A stretch of 64,000 nt of DNA from Podarcis muralis (taxonomy: Eukaryota), in the NCBI RefSeq assembly GCF_964188315.1, contig NC_135662.1:87234001-87298000 (forward strand), read 5' to 3'. The position numbers and the translations under genes are program-made. This document shows positions 46,785 to 58,989 of this stretch, piece by piece. A model generated the notes under the pieces. That model did not search any database, was not told the origin of the DNA, and saw nothing but the letters and a program-made list of their open reading frames with translations. Each line of letters starts with the position of its first letter. Within the stretch, counting starts at the first letter, position 1.

Positions 46785-49700
46785 TCAACTTTGTAAGGAA
46801 GTAGACTGTAGATTTTCAGCTGAAGCACGAAGGGGACAATTCTGGGGGAGAGCGGTCAGCTCTTTGGCAGTCCAAATGAGCACTTTGACCCGTTCTTGCA
46901 GCTGTAGTTTATCCTGATGCTGCTCTAGGGCCTGTAGTCCTGACTGACCTACAAAATCAGGGGCAGCCTGGGGCAAAAAAGAGAAGACCAGAGTTAGTTC
47001 TGAGCTTGCTCATGACTCTTGAGCCTTCAGAAAATACAGGAACAACAGATAGCCAAATACCTCTGGCCAGTGATGGAAGAGGAGATGCAGTAGTTCAAGA
47101 TCTTGAGCCACGACTTGGTCATCAGGAAGGGCAAGGATGCTAATGAGGGGGAAGAGTACAGCCTTCTGATGCAGTGCCTGGCAGTAGGCAGAGCCCTTAG
47201 CAGCTATGTTGCACAGCACTGTCAGAACCTGAAGAAGACACCAAAAGGCTAAGGTTAGGATTCTGCCACTCTGATCTTTACAGTAGTATCAAGGAACTTC
47301 TGTGGCCTTAAATATCTGGCACTGATTGCTTGCCTGTTTGCTTTTCACTGCCGCCTCTTTGAAGATTCAGGAAGCTGCACCAGCTAGTGACATACCTAGA
47401 ACTTCCTATATTGTTGAACTGGTGCTCAGAATATGTAGCCTGCTCAGTTCCCTTAGCTGATGCAGCTCTCTTAATTTCAATTGGGCTGGAAGCAAGAAGG
47501 GCACCCTCAAGCAAAATGAAGGTTTCCAAATACCTAGTGGAACCCTGAGGAATACTAGCATGGCTTGGGACCCAACTACCTTCCCCAGTACCAACCACCT
47601 TGGACCCTACAATCAGCAGATGAGTCCTTGCTGGTGAGGGCTGCCTAGTTGGCATTGACCTGTGACAGAGCCTTCTTAGTGGCAGTTCCTGGTGAAGTGC
47701 ATTTGTCTCCCTCACCATTGACATTCAGGAAGAGTTTAAAAACATTACTGTTTAGCCAAGCTTTTGATGGCTGAAAGATACTGCTCCTGGCAACCCTTGA
47801 AATCACTGGTTGAGAAAATGTTTAATTGCTTTTAGAATGCTTCCTCCCTTTGTGGGGAAAGGCAGTATATAAATTAAACTTCCTAGCCTCTAAAACCCCT
47901 TGGAAAATGGTGTATTACAGAACCAAAAGACAAAAACTGACGAAACAGCAAAAAAAGTTTTGCTAAGAATTTAAGTACAGAATGAATCTCATCGCCATTG
48001 ACAAATCCAGTATTTATAAATTAGTATTTTTATTCTACTAAATACCCTTTTAAATGTATTTATGGGAGAGGGGAGGGAGGTTATTGCATTTGGTTTGTAG
48101 TTTTTTTCCTTGTTTTTATTATTTTGTTCCTTGTTTTTATTATGTATTTTGCATTTTTCTCTCCTATTTTTATGTTGTGAACCACTTTGAGAGCTAAGGA
48201 TGAAGGATGGTATACAAATTGAACAAATAATAAAGTAAGAATAATTTAAAAAGACAGATTGCCAGTTTCACATCAGTGGCTGAAATGGCTGTTGAGAGCC
48301 ATCCCCTTAGGCGTCCATCTGCAAGCAATTTGAACACATCACACTTCAAAGGGATGGCTCTCAGCTCCCATCAGCTAATGAACACTAAAAGCCAAGCAGC
48401 TGCACTAGGGGGTTCCCAATGGATACTTCCTAGTATGGCTGATTTTGGTGAGGCTCTCTACCAATACCAATCAGTCTTAAGAGGCAGCCCTAATTGCCAA
48501 AAGTCACCTTTCCCAAAACTGCACAAAGTGAATATCCAGTTTCAAATTCTCTGGTCTTCATAGAGGGGAGGAAATCCATCCTCAACCCTGATCAATACTG
48601 TAACGTACCAGCAAGCTCAGCCTCTCGTAGCTCAAGAGTTTCAGTAGAGATGGAAAGAGGTCTGGGTTGAGCAAAGCAGAGCAAGATCTGATGCTGTCAG
48701 CTGGGGAAAGAAAGAAAAATCTCAATCCCTATTGGCATTCTGTTCAACAGAGAAAAAGTGAGCTACCTGGAAGAGTCATCTGCAGAGGAAACTTTCAGCA
48801 TGTTTACAGTAGGCAGCTAAAACAGGCTTTAACTACTGATTCTAGCCTTTCCCAGCCCCAATGGAGAGAAGCCTAGCAAGTCACCCTAGTTTTTTGCTGC
48901 ATGGTGCAAGGATACTAGACCTCACAAATCATTTTGTCTGCCTGAAAACCTCTCTGTACTGGAAACTTTTAATAATACCTTATGCTGTATGCCACCTAGA
49001 CAACAATGTTATTAGGTGACTTTAAATGGGTGTGCAGGCGGGTTTAAATCCTGAAGAATTTAAGCCCCACACATCAGCTTAGGAGCAGGGGTTAGATCTT
49101 TTCAGTCTGGCAGGATTCAATGCAAACCCTGATTCAGGATGGTGTTTGCACTGCAGTCACCTGCTAAAATGGACACCCACCTACAACCCCCACCCCGGCT
49201 TTAGCAGAGGATTCCACTCACCCCCTCCATGTATCAGAAGGGGGTATGCGTCAGAATCTCCTGCTAGAGGGGTGTTTTTCACATTGTTTTAGCAGGTGAT
49301 TCCATACAAGCCTGCTAAAACGATGGGGGAAAGCCTCTTTTTTTTAGCAGCACCTTGCACAAATCATTGTGATGTCATGTGATTGACAAGCAGGCAGCCC
49401 CACCTACCAATCCTGTTAATCTGGGTGGGGAGCCAAAAAGGTCCCCCCCCCACCCCGTTATTAAGTAAATTATTAGGCTGTAAAAGAAAATGCTAATCTC
49501 ATCAAATTATTTTAACTGTTGAGATCTACCTAGCCTTAGTACTATCAAGGTCAATATACTTTGCCAAATTAGAAGAATCCAATCAATAAAGGAGAGGCAA
49601 GGCAGCAGTGGGGACGCGGGTGGCGCTGTGGGTAAAAGCCTCAGCGCCTAGGGCTTGCTGATTGAAAGGTCGGCGGTTCGAATCCCCGCAGCGGGGTGGG

Positions 49701-52700
49701 CTCCCGTCGTTCGGTCCCAGCGCCTGCCAACCTAGCAGTTCGAAAGCACTCCCGGGTGCAAGTAGATAAATAGGGACCGCTTACTAGCGGGAAGGTAAAC
49801 GGCGTTTCCGTGTGTGGCTCTGGCTTGCCAGAGCAGCGATGTCACGCTGGCCACGTGACCCGGAAGTGTCTCCGGACAGCGCTGGCCCCCGGCCTCTTGA
49901 GTAAGATGGGCGCACAACCCTAGAGTCTGGCAAGACTGGCCCGTACAGGCAGGGGTACCTTTACCTTTACCTTAAGGCAGCAGTACCACTTGGTTTCTCA
50001 TCTAGTGCTAACTGTGTGTGCCAGGACATACCTGTCAGGTTGTTGATGAGCCACAGACACTCCTGGGCAATGAAGAGGTGTTCGGAGACAAAGTACTGTA
50101 TGAATTCAAACAAGGCCCTTAGAAGTCTCTCTTCCTGTTCTACGAGTTCACCATCGCCCACTTCATCTTCTGCAAGAAGATTGGCAACACACCGCACCAC
50201 AGGACAAATCAACTGACAAAGAGAATTGAAAAAAATAGATTCAGAAGGAGAGCTGCGGGGGCACAGCCTGGCACTTCAAATATATTTCCTATTTACTTTA
50301 CCAGTTCTACACCCTCAACTGAAGTTGTTGACATCACAGAAGCCAGTTCTAGCAACAGCTGCACAAGGGATGGCACAGTCCTTTGAGAGATCAGCAGTGA
50401 GTTGTTCACCCGGCTACAGAAAGGAAAATAAAGGACAGCTATCCCACTTCAATAGGACTAGGTAGAGTCCCACCTCTATCCAACCCATTAAAAGGCTTTT
50501 TTCCTATTCAGTCTGCTCATTTTTCAAGTGAAATCAGTTTTTGAATATGCAAAGTTGAAAGCGGGGGGAATGGGATGTTAGAAATGGTTGTAAGGTGCAG
50601 GCAACAGTAGCCATGAAAAACAGTTAGACTTTGTGACCATGTTATATTATCTCACTCATCACCCTGGCTTTACAGGAAGGGGTTAGCTCAGTGGGCCTTA
50701 GGCCATTTTCAGGTGAACCTCAGGGGACCAGCAGGATTTAGAACCAAAGGATACTGCCCACTTAACAAGATGACTGGCATGGATAAAAATGATCTGCCAT
50801 TAAAGAGCCAACATTTTCCATTCTTCATATTTCCTCAGCAAAGGGGTGGGAGGTGGGGAACGTTGTTTGTTTACGGAGCAAATATTTGTGCAAGCGTCCC
50901 TAAACTGGAAGTCAGGCCCATGCCCTTTGCATCTTTCTTCCCAATGTGCACTACTAACATGCACAGACAACCCCACCTCCATGTCTCACTCAGGAATCCT
51001 AACCCACTACTTAGGACCTCCTATGTACCACAGAAACATTTACCTACAAATAATGTAGTGAAGACCCCATGCAAATTCCACTGCAGCTCCTATTCCTTCT
51101 TCCAGGTTGGAACAAACCAAGTGAAGCATGTCTTTGGGGAGGGTGGAATTTAGGACCAAGCTGGGGGCAGAAGAAAAAAAAATACTCTGTTAAGTTATAT
51201 GGGGAACCATGTCAACTATCCCAGAGGCAGAGAGTGACAGTAGGTGGAGGAGATATTGCTTTTGGTAGCTTTACACATGCCTTTCTGTATAGTTTTAAGG
51301 ACAAGCTACATATCATCTACCATTCCATAGATATATTTGACCCCAAAAAAATCTGATTGACTTTTTAAATATATCTGTTCTAGTGAAGGGTTGAGGAAGA
51401 TACACATGAAACTGCTCCAACAGCTCCACGGTCAGGACATCGGCATCAGACATGGTCTTTTAACAATACGTCCACCTCTCCTCAAGCCACATGATTTCCT
51501 CCCTCCCTCCCAGCCTCCCCAAAACTTCAGCATTTCAGAAACTAAAGGTGCAGCTTATTATCTACTTGCTTAATTAACATGCAGAACTTGGAATGTTAAA
51601 AGGGTATTTTGAATATGACAAGGTACCAAGATTCACATGATAACACTTGATACTTCGTATCAAAATACAATGTATAATTTGTGGGGCTGATCTTCTTGCA
51701 ACATTGATATAAATACAAGTGACAGTTTCTATGAATCTAACTGTAAAGTAAGGATATGAAAGACATCATAAAATAAAGGAAGAAATTTCACGGTATAGGC
51801 AAGGTCCACCACGTAAAATGATTAACACCACACAAACTCCGATGAGAAAGATGTTGGTGTGGCAAAAGAAATCTTCAGGATTTTAAAGCCAGATCATTCC
51901 ACTAATGTTAAAGACTAAGATTATAGCTAAAGTATGTCCCCATAGAAAGCTTATTTGTGGAGCTGGTTGATTCATTTCTGCTGCCAGCATACAGGAGACC
52001 AGGGTTTGAATCCCCACTCAGCCATGAAGCTCACTGGGTGACCTTGGGCCAGTCACCATCAGGGCTGAAATGGGCAGGAGGAGAACCATGTACACCACCT
52101 CAAGCTCTTTGGAAGACAAAGGAGATATATAAATGCAATTAATAAAATAAATAAAAAATAAGTTAGTAAATGAGTGACACCGAGATTGGTGCCTCATGTG
52201 CACATATACTTTTTTTAACGGTTTGGAGTAACCAAGAAGGAAGCTGGCTATGTCATGCACAGACACACAGATACACGTCAAATTCTGAAATGAAGAGATT
52301 CCACTTACGGTATGATTTCAGCTGGAGCTTCCTTAGACTGCAAGAGCTGTGACAGAACGTAGCCAACACCTTCCCGCACCACCACATGAGGGGACTGAAA
52401 TCAGAGTACAACAGTCACCATCCACTGGTTCAGAGTAAAAGGCTTCAGTGTGTTATGTACCCTGTGGAAACACATACAGTGGTACCTCGCAAGACGAATG
52501 CCTCGCAAGACAAAAAACTCGCTAGACGAAAGGGTTTTTTGTTTTTTGAGCTGCTTCGCAAGACGATTTTCCCTATGGGCTTGCTTCGCAAGACGAAAAC
52601 GTCTTGCAAGTTTGTTTCCTTTTTCTTAACACCGTTAATACAGTTGCGACTTGACTTCGAGGAGCAACTCATAGAACACGGTGTGGTAGCCTTTTTTGAG

Positions 52701-55700
52701 GTTTTTAAAGACTTTGGTGATTTTTGAAGCTTTTCCAAAACTTTCCCGACACCGTGCTTCGCAAGACGAAAAAAAATCGCAAGACGACAAAACTCGCGGA
52801 ACGAATTAATTTCGTCTTGCGAGGCACCACTGTACGTGGTTGCGGGGGTGGAGGGTGCTGATTAACTGCTGTATTCCTTCAGACATTTCTCAGGAAGTTA
52901 AAAATATAAGCAAAAAGCTTAACGAGGCTAAGAACAGCAAGCTGCTCTTTGAGAACATCTTATTAATTGCTTTCATGGGTTATTGTATAATCAAATGAAA
53001 TAAGCCACAATAAATCATTCAGTTCTGGGCAGCAGGGTACAGAGTCCTCAGTCTCTGTGTTGCGTATGCAGTCGAGGGATTCTACTTATTCTAACATTGG
53101 TAAATGGATAGTGCATGACTCAAATGCACTCTTTGACAAGGCTTGTACGCAGCTGGCATTCAGAATGTCTGGGCAAAGACTGTTTCCCACTTACCTGGAT
53201 GCAGGATGCCAATACTGGGATAATGCCCTGAGGTAGAAGTTGTTTCTTCACAGCCGTCATCTCAACCACCAAGTTCCCCAATGTGTACAAACACAGCTCC
53301 TGAAATACAGCAGAAAAGAACATGCTCCATATTCTATAACTGCAACTTCTTGCACAATGCTACAATTCCTGCAAACAACTCTAGGGGCAGGAAACATTTC
53401 CACTGGAGCGGAGAGTAGCTGAGAAGATTTGGGGATGCAGAGATGTAACAGCTCAAGCAGAGCTTGAGAAATATAGGCAATGGAAACATATACTTCTGAA
53501 AATAATATTAATGTGATCAATAACTTTACACCAATTGTCAGAGGTCAGCATCCATGTGAGCCTTTGCTGCCACCCCTCAATGGGAAACCCCCTATCCAAT
53601 TAACCTTACAATGATTCTTCCAACTATAGCCGGACTACAATCACTCCCTCATTCCAGGATGTACTTGCAGCCAAGTTCATGTCACTGCAAAAGGCCCAGG
53701 CAGCCGCAACTTTCTCTAGTCTTCACTTTTAGCTCTCCCATGTTCTTCTGACATTTAATCCACACTTTGCTGGTATCTAATGGCCTACACTGAGGCACAT
53801 TTGCTTCAAATGTGCAAAAGGGCCTGTTTTATCAGATAAAACCCAATTAAGTTGAAGTCAATAGCAATGTACTTTGTTCCACCTTGAGCCACTTTTTAAA
53901 CTCAAAAAATAAAGAGCATGCTGTGTTACGATATGGATGCAATGCGACCGCGAGCAGCAGGTGGCTTGAAAGCAAAACATAATGGGAATGTTGGAACTGT
54001 TCCGTGGGAACAGAGGGAGGGTCTATTTTCAGTGCAGAGCACCGGAATTGGCTCAGAGTGAAATATGACCTGTACAGGAAGTACAGGAGGAGGAGTTATG
54101 TCTCTCTACTGATGGACTCTGATGAGAGCAGACGTGTTTCTCTGTAATGCTGCAAAGACAGAAATAAAGGCATGTAAATACATTTCTGTCTCTCTCTTTC
54201 CCCCTACCTGGGAGGGGGAGAAGAGCGGTGTGTTCTTCTCACGTTGAGGAGGATCGCCGATCGCGACCTAGCCTGCATCTGCCGGGAATGCAGACAGGGA
54301 GGTCATCAGGAGATCATGCCGGGTACCTGGAGAGTGGCCAGTTTCTCCTGAGATATGGCAGATTTCCTAACATGCTGGAGAGGATAGTTTTCATACTCTG
54401 TAACGTGGAACCTGGTGTAGGCAAAAGGTCACACTTCACTTGCCTTACCAGAAGCTGGAACAGCCAAGTACTGCCAGCCTGGATCTTACCATAAGGGCTA
54501 CACTGTGTCCAGAGAGGTACGTCAAGAGGTAGGAGGTTGCTGGCAAACACGCCTCAACCACATCAGGGTCACTGGAATGGGAGAGTTCATGTAAACAGCG
54601 AGCTGCATCCATCTGCAGATCTGCCAGATTGCCAGTGAAGAGACCGATCAGCACACGCATACTGCCCTCCAGCCTACAAAATTAAAACACCATCTTTATG
54701 CAGTCCTCTGCCAAATCACATACTCTTTTTACTGAAGGAAAGTAAGTGTGAAGTTGGAGCTATCCCAATAGCCTAGTAGTTGTCACTATTGCTCCTACTA
54801 TCATTATTATCACCATATTTCTCTTTTACATTGACATAGCCACTCATCAAAAAATATCCCATGGGATATTACTGTTCATCTGCATGGCCCAGGAAATCAG
54901 ACGAATTCCAACTGAATGGCACTTAACAAACCTAAACAACTTGACAACTTATTTCCCACCCAACCCAAACTGGAATAGAACATTGGAAAGTTTATTTAAC
55001 CCAGATTGGAACAGAATATAAAGTTTACCCGTTCTTCCCACACTAAACCCCCACAAGTTAGTTCAGGTTATCAATTCAAAGTTAGAGTCTGTCTTAAAAA
55101 AACAGGAGGTTGTGCACACACTAGCCACAGCCAAAGAATAGTGAAAACAAACATCCAAAATCTAAAAGAAAGTTTGTCCTTGGGAGGCTTTTATACTGAG
55201 CCCTCTTCTCAACCCAGAAAACAGCAGGGAGGCCAGAAACTGTAACAGACTAGCATTCAACACCCTGTTGGATGAAGAAGACGAGAGCATTTCTGTGCAC
55301 TAGAGAGTGCCTCTCTTCTTCTGGGGTGCTCACCTAATCTCTGGAGCTGCCACACGTTCAGGGTCATGGACATCTAATAGAAATCCAGCTAACAAGGAAG
55401 TTGGACCTCTCTCCACTTAAGTTTGGTTGTTTCTGCACAAGGTAAGATGGTGTACTGCACCTAAATAGTTCCATTTACTTCAACACAGACAAGGAGCAAC
55501 CCCCCCTACTCCAGAATAGGCATCAGCAGGTCAAGTGCACATTAACTAACCTGATGAATTTCTGCTGGTTTTCTCTGTGCTGAAGTCCTTGTCGAAGGAG
55601 ACGCAGAGATGCTGCCCTGTCTTCTTTTCCTCTTTGGATGTTTTTCAGCAGCTGTGAAATCTGCTAGTGAGCAATACTGAATCAGTGACAGAACTTGAAG

Positions 55701-56473
55701 AGAAAGCAAATCTCAGGTGGAAGCCTCTTGCTGCTGTCCACCTCTGTGGTATGAAGGGCTGAAACAATCCTGGAGTCTCATAGACCAGGGTGCGGTGGGC
55801 TATGAAATTTAACTATTTAACATCTCTTTTGAAAGAAAAGGGACATCAACTTGAAATATTACTTGGACGTTATACTGCTTACATGGCATACATGGCACTT
55901 TAATATACTGTGATCATAAGCTAGCTATAAATAAAAAATATCAGTTATATCTAAAAGGATTGTGTGATTAAATGAACTGCATTTATTAATATCTAACACT
56001 CAATCAACTTCAAAAAATAGACGAGACGGTCTTCCTACCTCTTCTTCAGAGAAAGGAACTGCTGCCCCACTGTCCGTTCCAACCTCCCCTTCATCCATCA
56101 AGGTGTCTTCACATAAAAGCCGCTTGCTGATCAACTGCTGATGCCTCCGCGCACTCCGTAGAGCTGCAAACAAAGCAGCACATTGTTATCAAACAGCCGC
56201 AATACAAGGAGCAAAACAAAGGAGCAAAAAGAGCTGGTTAAATGTTAATTATGATACTGCCACACGGAGCAAAGTAATATGCAACTCTCTCAATAAAGCT
56301 GCAGAAGGAAGTCACAAACCTGACTCGCGCTCCCTCCTCCAAGTCCGCAGGTCCTCCACGCTGCAGTTGCGTGGCCCCCAGCGGCTTTTTCTCCAGCTCC
56401 TTGGACCAGCGACTCCATGGGAGGCAACAGCTGCCGCTGCTTCAGCACCCGGGACGGACCAAAGAGAAATCAT
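46785..56473 (-). CDS. TMCO6: Transmembrane and coiled-coil domain protein 6 (IBB-like N-terminus plus ARM repeats), about 538 aa; start codon uncertain
   Basis: Exons 56473(or 56512)-56320, 56163-56039 (QQLISKRLL), 55660-55551, 54673-54490 (AARCLHELSHS, ACLPATSYLLTYLS), 53299-53195 (ELCLYTLGNL), 52394-52309, 51160-51044, 50413-50302, 50212-50032 (LWLINNLT), 48700-48609, 47228-47061, 46967-46785. All GT-AG and in phase. Confidence 0.93.
49610..49973 (+). mobile_element. Sauria SINE, full length, young subfamily
   Basis: 11-bp TSD AAGGCAGCAGT at 49599-49609 and 49974-49984. Confidence 0.95.
51960..52160 (+). mobile_element. Squamate CORE-type SINE
   Basis: B-box-like GGTTTGAATCC, core ctcactgggtgaccttgggccagtcac, A-rich tail. 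Confidence 0.6.
52477..52832. mobile_element. Tc1/mariner-type MITE, same end family as 4933-5271
   Basis: 20-bp TIR with one mismatch, TA flanks. Confidence 0.85.
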
Positions 56474-56689
56474 AGCTCCTGCTCTGAGCCTGGGCTGCCC
56501 CCTTAGCAACATATAGAGGTATGCAACATATAGAGCAACCCTCCTAAAAATTGGGGGCGGAGCTGTCCCTTTAAAAGGACCAGCAGCCGGTCACTACTGT
56601 CGGCTCCCAACGCGTGTCCACAGAGCCACACATTTGCGTGCAATTATTGTTATATATTTATTTGCACCCCGCCTTTTTCCCTGACATGG

Positions 56690-57200
56690 ACTCAATATGA
56701 CTCCCCCCGCGCGGGCCACGGCTCAAGGGCCTTCTCCCTCTTCCCAGCAAGGGGCTGCCGCCCAGAGGAGCCGGGCCTGCCTCTCAGGGGCCAACACCAG
56801 CGAGGCCGGGAGGAGGAGGAAGGCGGGGAAGGTCTCTGAATGGCAAGAGAGATGGACCAGCGGAGCCGCCGCAGCCGGAGTGCGGGCCGGGCGGAGGCCT
56901 TGGTCCAGGCACAGACCAACTTCGCGCGGTTGCCAGGACAACAAACCCAGAGCTATCAGACGGGGTGGCGGCCGGAGGAAAGGAAGTAAGGAGAGGGAGG
57001 GGCAGCCATCTTGGCGGATGTTTCAACTATCGGCTCAGTGCGCCTGCGCACTCCGTCCGGGAAAGGAAAAACTCAATGAAGGGAACCATAGACCCAAAAA
57101 GGCTAGAGTCGTCGAGCTCCCTGAATGAATGAGTTCCCTTGTCACATTGCGATGTTATTTTCAACCGTCTCCCCGGGCCAGAAGTGAGGGGTGCCCTTAG
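56690..57200. promoter_or_regulatory. CpG island, TMCO6 promoter with NRF1 and YY1 motifs
   Basis: TGCGCAGGCGCA (NRF1 consensus) at 57039-57050 on -, CAAGATGGCTGC (YY1-like) at 57002-57013 on -; GC/CpG-rich. Confidence 0.75.
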
Positions 57201-58533
57201 GAATCCGAGGTTTTTCTTTAGCATCATTTGGAAGCGAGATAGGAGCAAAGAGACGAGGTCATTCGGGTCTTATAATTTATACTGCCTATTCCAATGCACA
57301 CACAGTCCTCTTACGCAGCAAGGATGCGTTTGGCAGAAAGCTTGTGACTTCCAACAGCCCTGCAGGGCAGGCCAGTGTTTAATATTGGGACTGGCGGGGG
57401 GGGGGGTCTAACTCAGGCTGAGAGGGCGGTTTGCCACAGCCCTGCAATACACGTCACTGCCCTCCCCCGCGATCAAGTAAAACAATAGAAATACTTTACT
57501 AACTGACCAACCATGTCGGTTCTGTACCCCCCCCCCAAAAAAAAAATCCTGACTTCGCCCATGAAGCAACGTAAGGTTCCCCCCCCCCCTTTCCCTTTTG
57601 TGAACTTCAGTAGCCCTATGGCAAGAAAGGATATATTGTGAGGGTAGCTTACGATAGCCCTGCAGTGAGGCCTACTGTTAATGCTACAAGTCAAATATTT
57701 TTAGGGCGGGAGAAGTGGTTTGAGAGAGGGGTTTGAGTTACAGACAAAACTCCCCCAAAGAAAGCACCCCACAGGTTGCAGCAAAGGCGTCAATCTACTC
57801 ATATTAATGCATTGGTTGGGGTGGGGACGAGGCTGAAATAAAGAAGTACAGAAATAATGCTCTTTGATGGGACCTCTAAATAAATCATGCTTGGTTATCA
57901 TACCAGCTATGGGAAAGAACTTTAATATATGAAAGAAATATTGATATGTTAAGTTAAGGAATAGAGAATTCTATTTGCATAGAAGAGGGGAATTTCGGTG
58001 ATGAAATGGCTAAAATAGCTTAGGTTAACTGAAGCATAACATTTTGACTGCTGATAGTAAGTAGAATTAGAAGGCTGAGGACTTATCCACATCAGAGCAG
58101 CTCATGGATCTGCACCGTTCTAAGCAAGGAATTTTGAGAAAAGTCATATACAAAGTCCAGTGTTCACCATTAGAATATACACATAGACAGTATACATTTG
58201 AAAAGGGACCCCACCTTATCTAACCACAGCAACTGCTGGTTTAGTATGATTCTTACCAGCTGATTGGCCTGATCAACCAATTCATAGGGTTGATTATTAG
58301 AATAATGAGTGTGTATTGAAGTATTGCTTATAAGAGTTGTATTGATCATAAGATGAATAAAGCATCACAAAGGTATTTTGCGTCTGTCTTCTCTTGCATC
58401 TGTAACAAAAAATACCAGTGGTCACTGGCTGTATAAAATCCCTTTTTAGGACAATCAGGTACATCAACCATGACATGACGAAAGCTGGCAAAATCAGTAT
58501 ATATTTGGTGATCAAGAACCTGATTGGCTAACA

Positions 58534-58989
58534 GTAAAGGTAAAGGGACCCCTGACCGTTAGGTCCAGTAGTGACCGACTCTGGGGTTGAAGAAGAGGTA
58601 GGAAGATCGTCCATTTTTTGAAATTGATTGGGTCTTAAAGGTAAAGAGACCCCTGACCATTATGTCCAGTCGTGACCGACTCTCGGATTGCTGTGCTCAT
58701 CTCGCTTTATTGGCCGAGGGAGCCGGTGTACAGCTTCTGGGTCATGTGGCCAGCATGACTAAGCCACTTCTGGCGAACCAGAGCAGCGCATGGAAACGCC
58801 GTTTACCTTCCCGCCAGAGCGGTACCTATTTATCTACTTGCACTTTGACATGCTTTCGAACTGCTAGGTTGGCAGGAGCAGGGACCGAGCAATGGGAGCT
58901 CACTCCATCGCAGGGATTCGAACTGCCGACCTTCTGATGGGCAAGTCCTAGGCTCTGTGGTTTAACCCACAGCACCACCTGCGTCCCCA
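58534..58989 (-). mobile_element. Composite Sauria SINE: full copy (58637-58988), captured TMCO6 segment, and SINE 3' stub (58534-58589)
   Basis: One 13-bp TSD TGATTGGCTAACA (58521-58533, 58990-59002) brackets all three parts. Confidence 0.9.

Noticed and set aside
56448-56925. WSVPG...AGP peptide similarity between two upstream TMCO6 frames
   Set aside because: Nucleotide similarity is limited to short GC-rich patches; likely chance.
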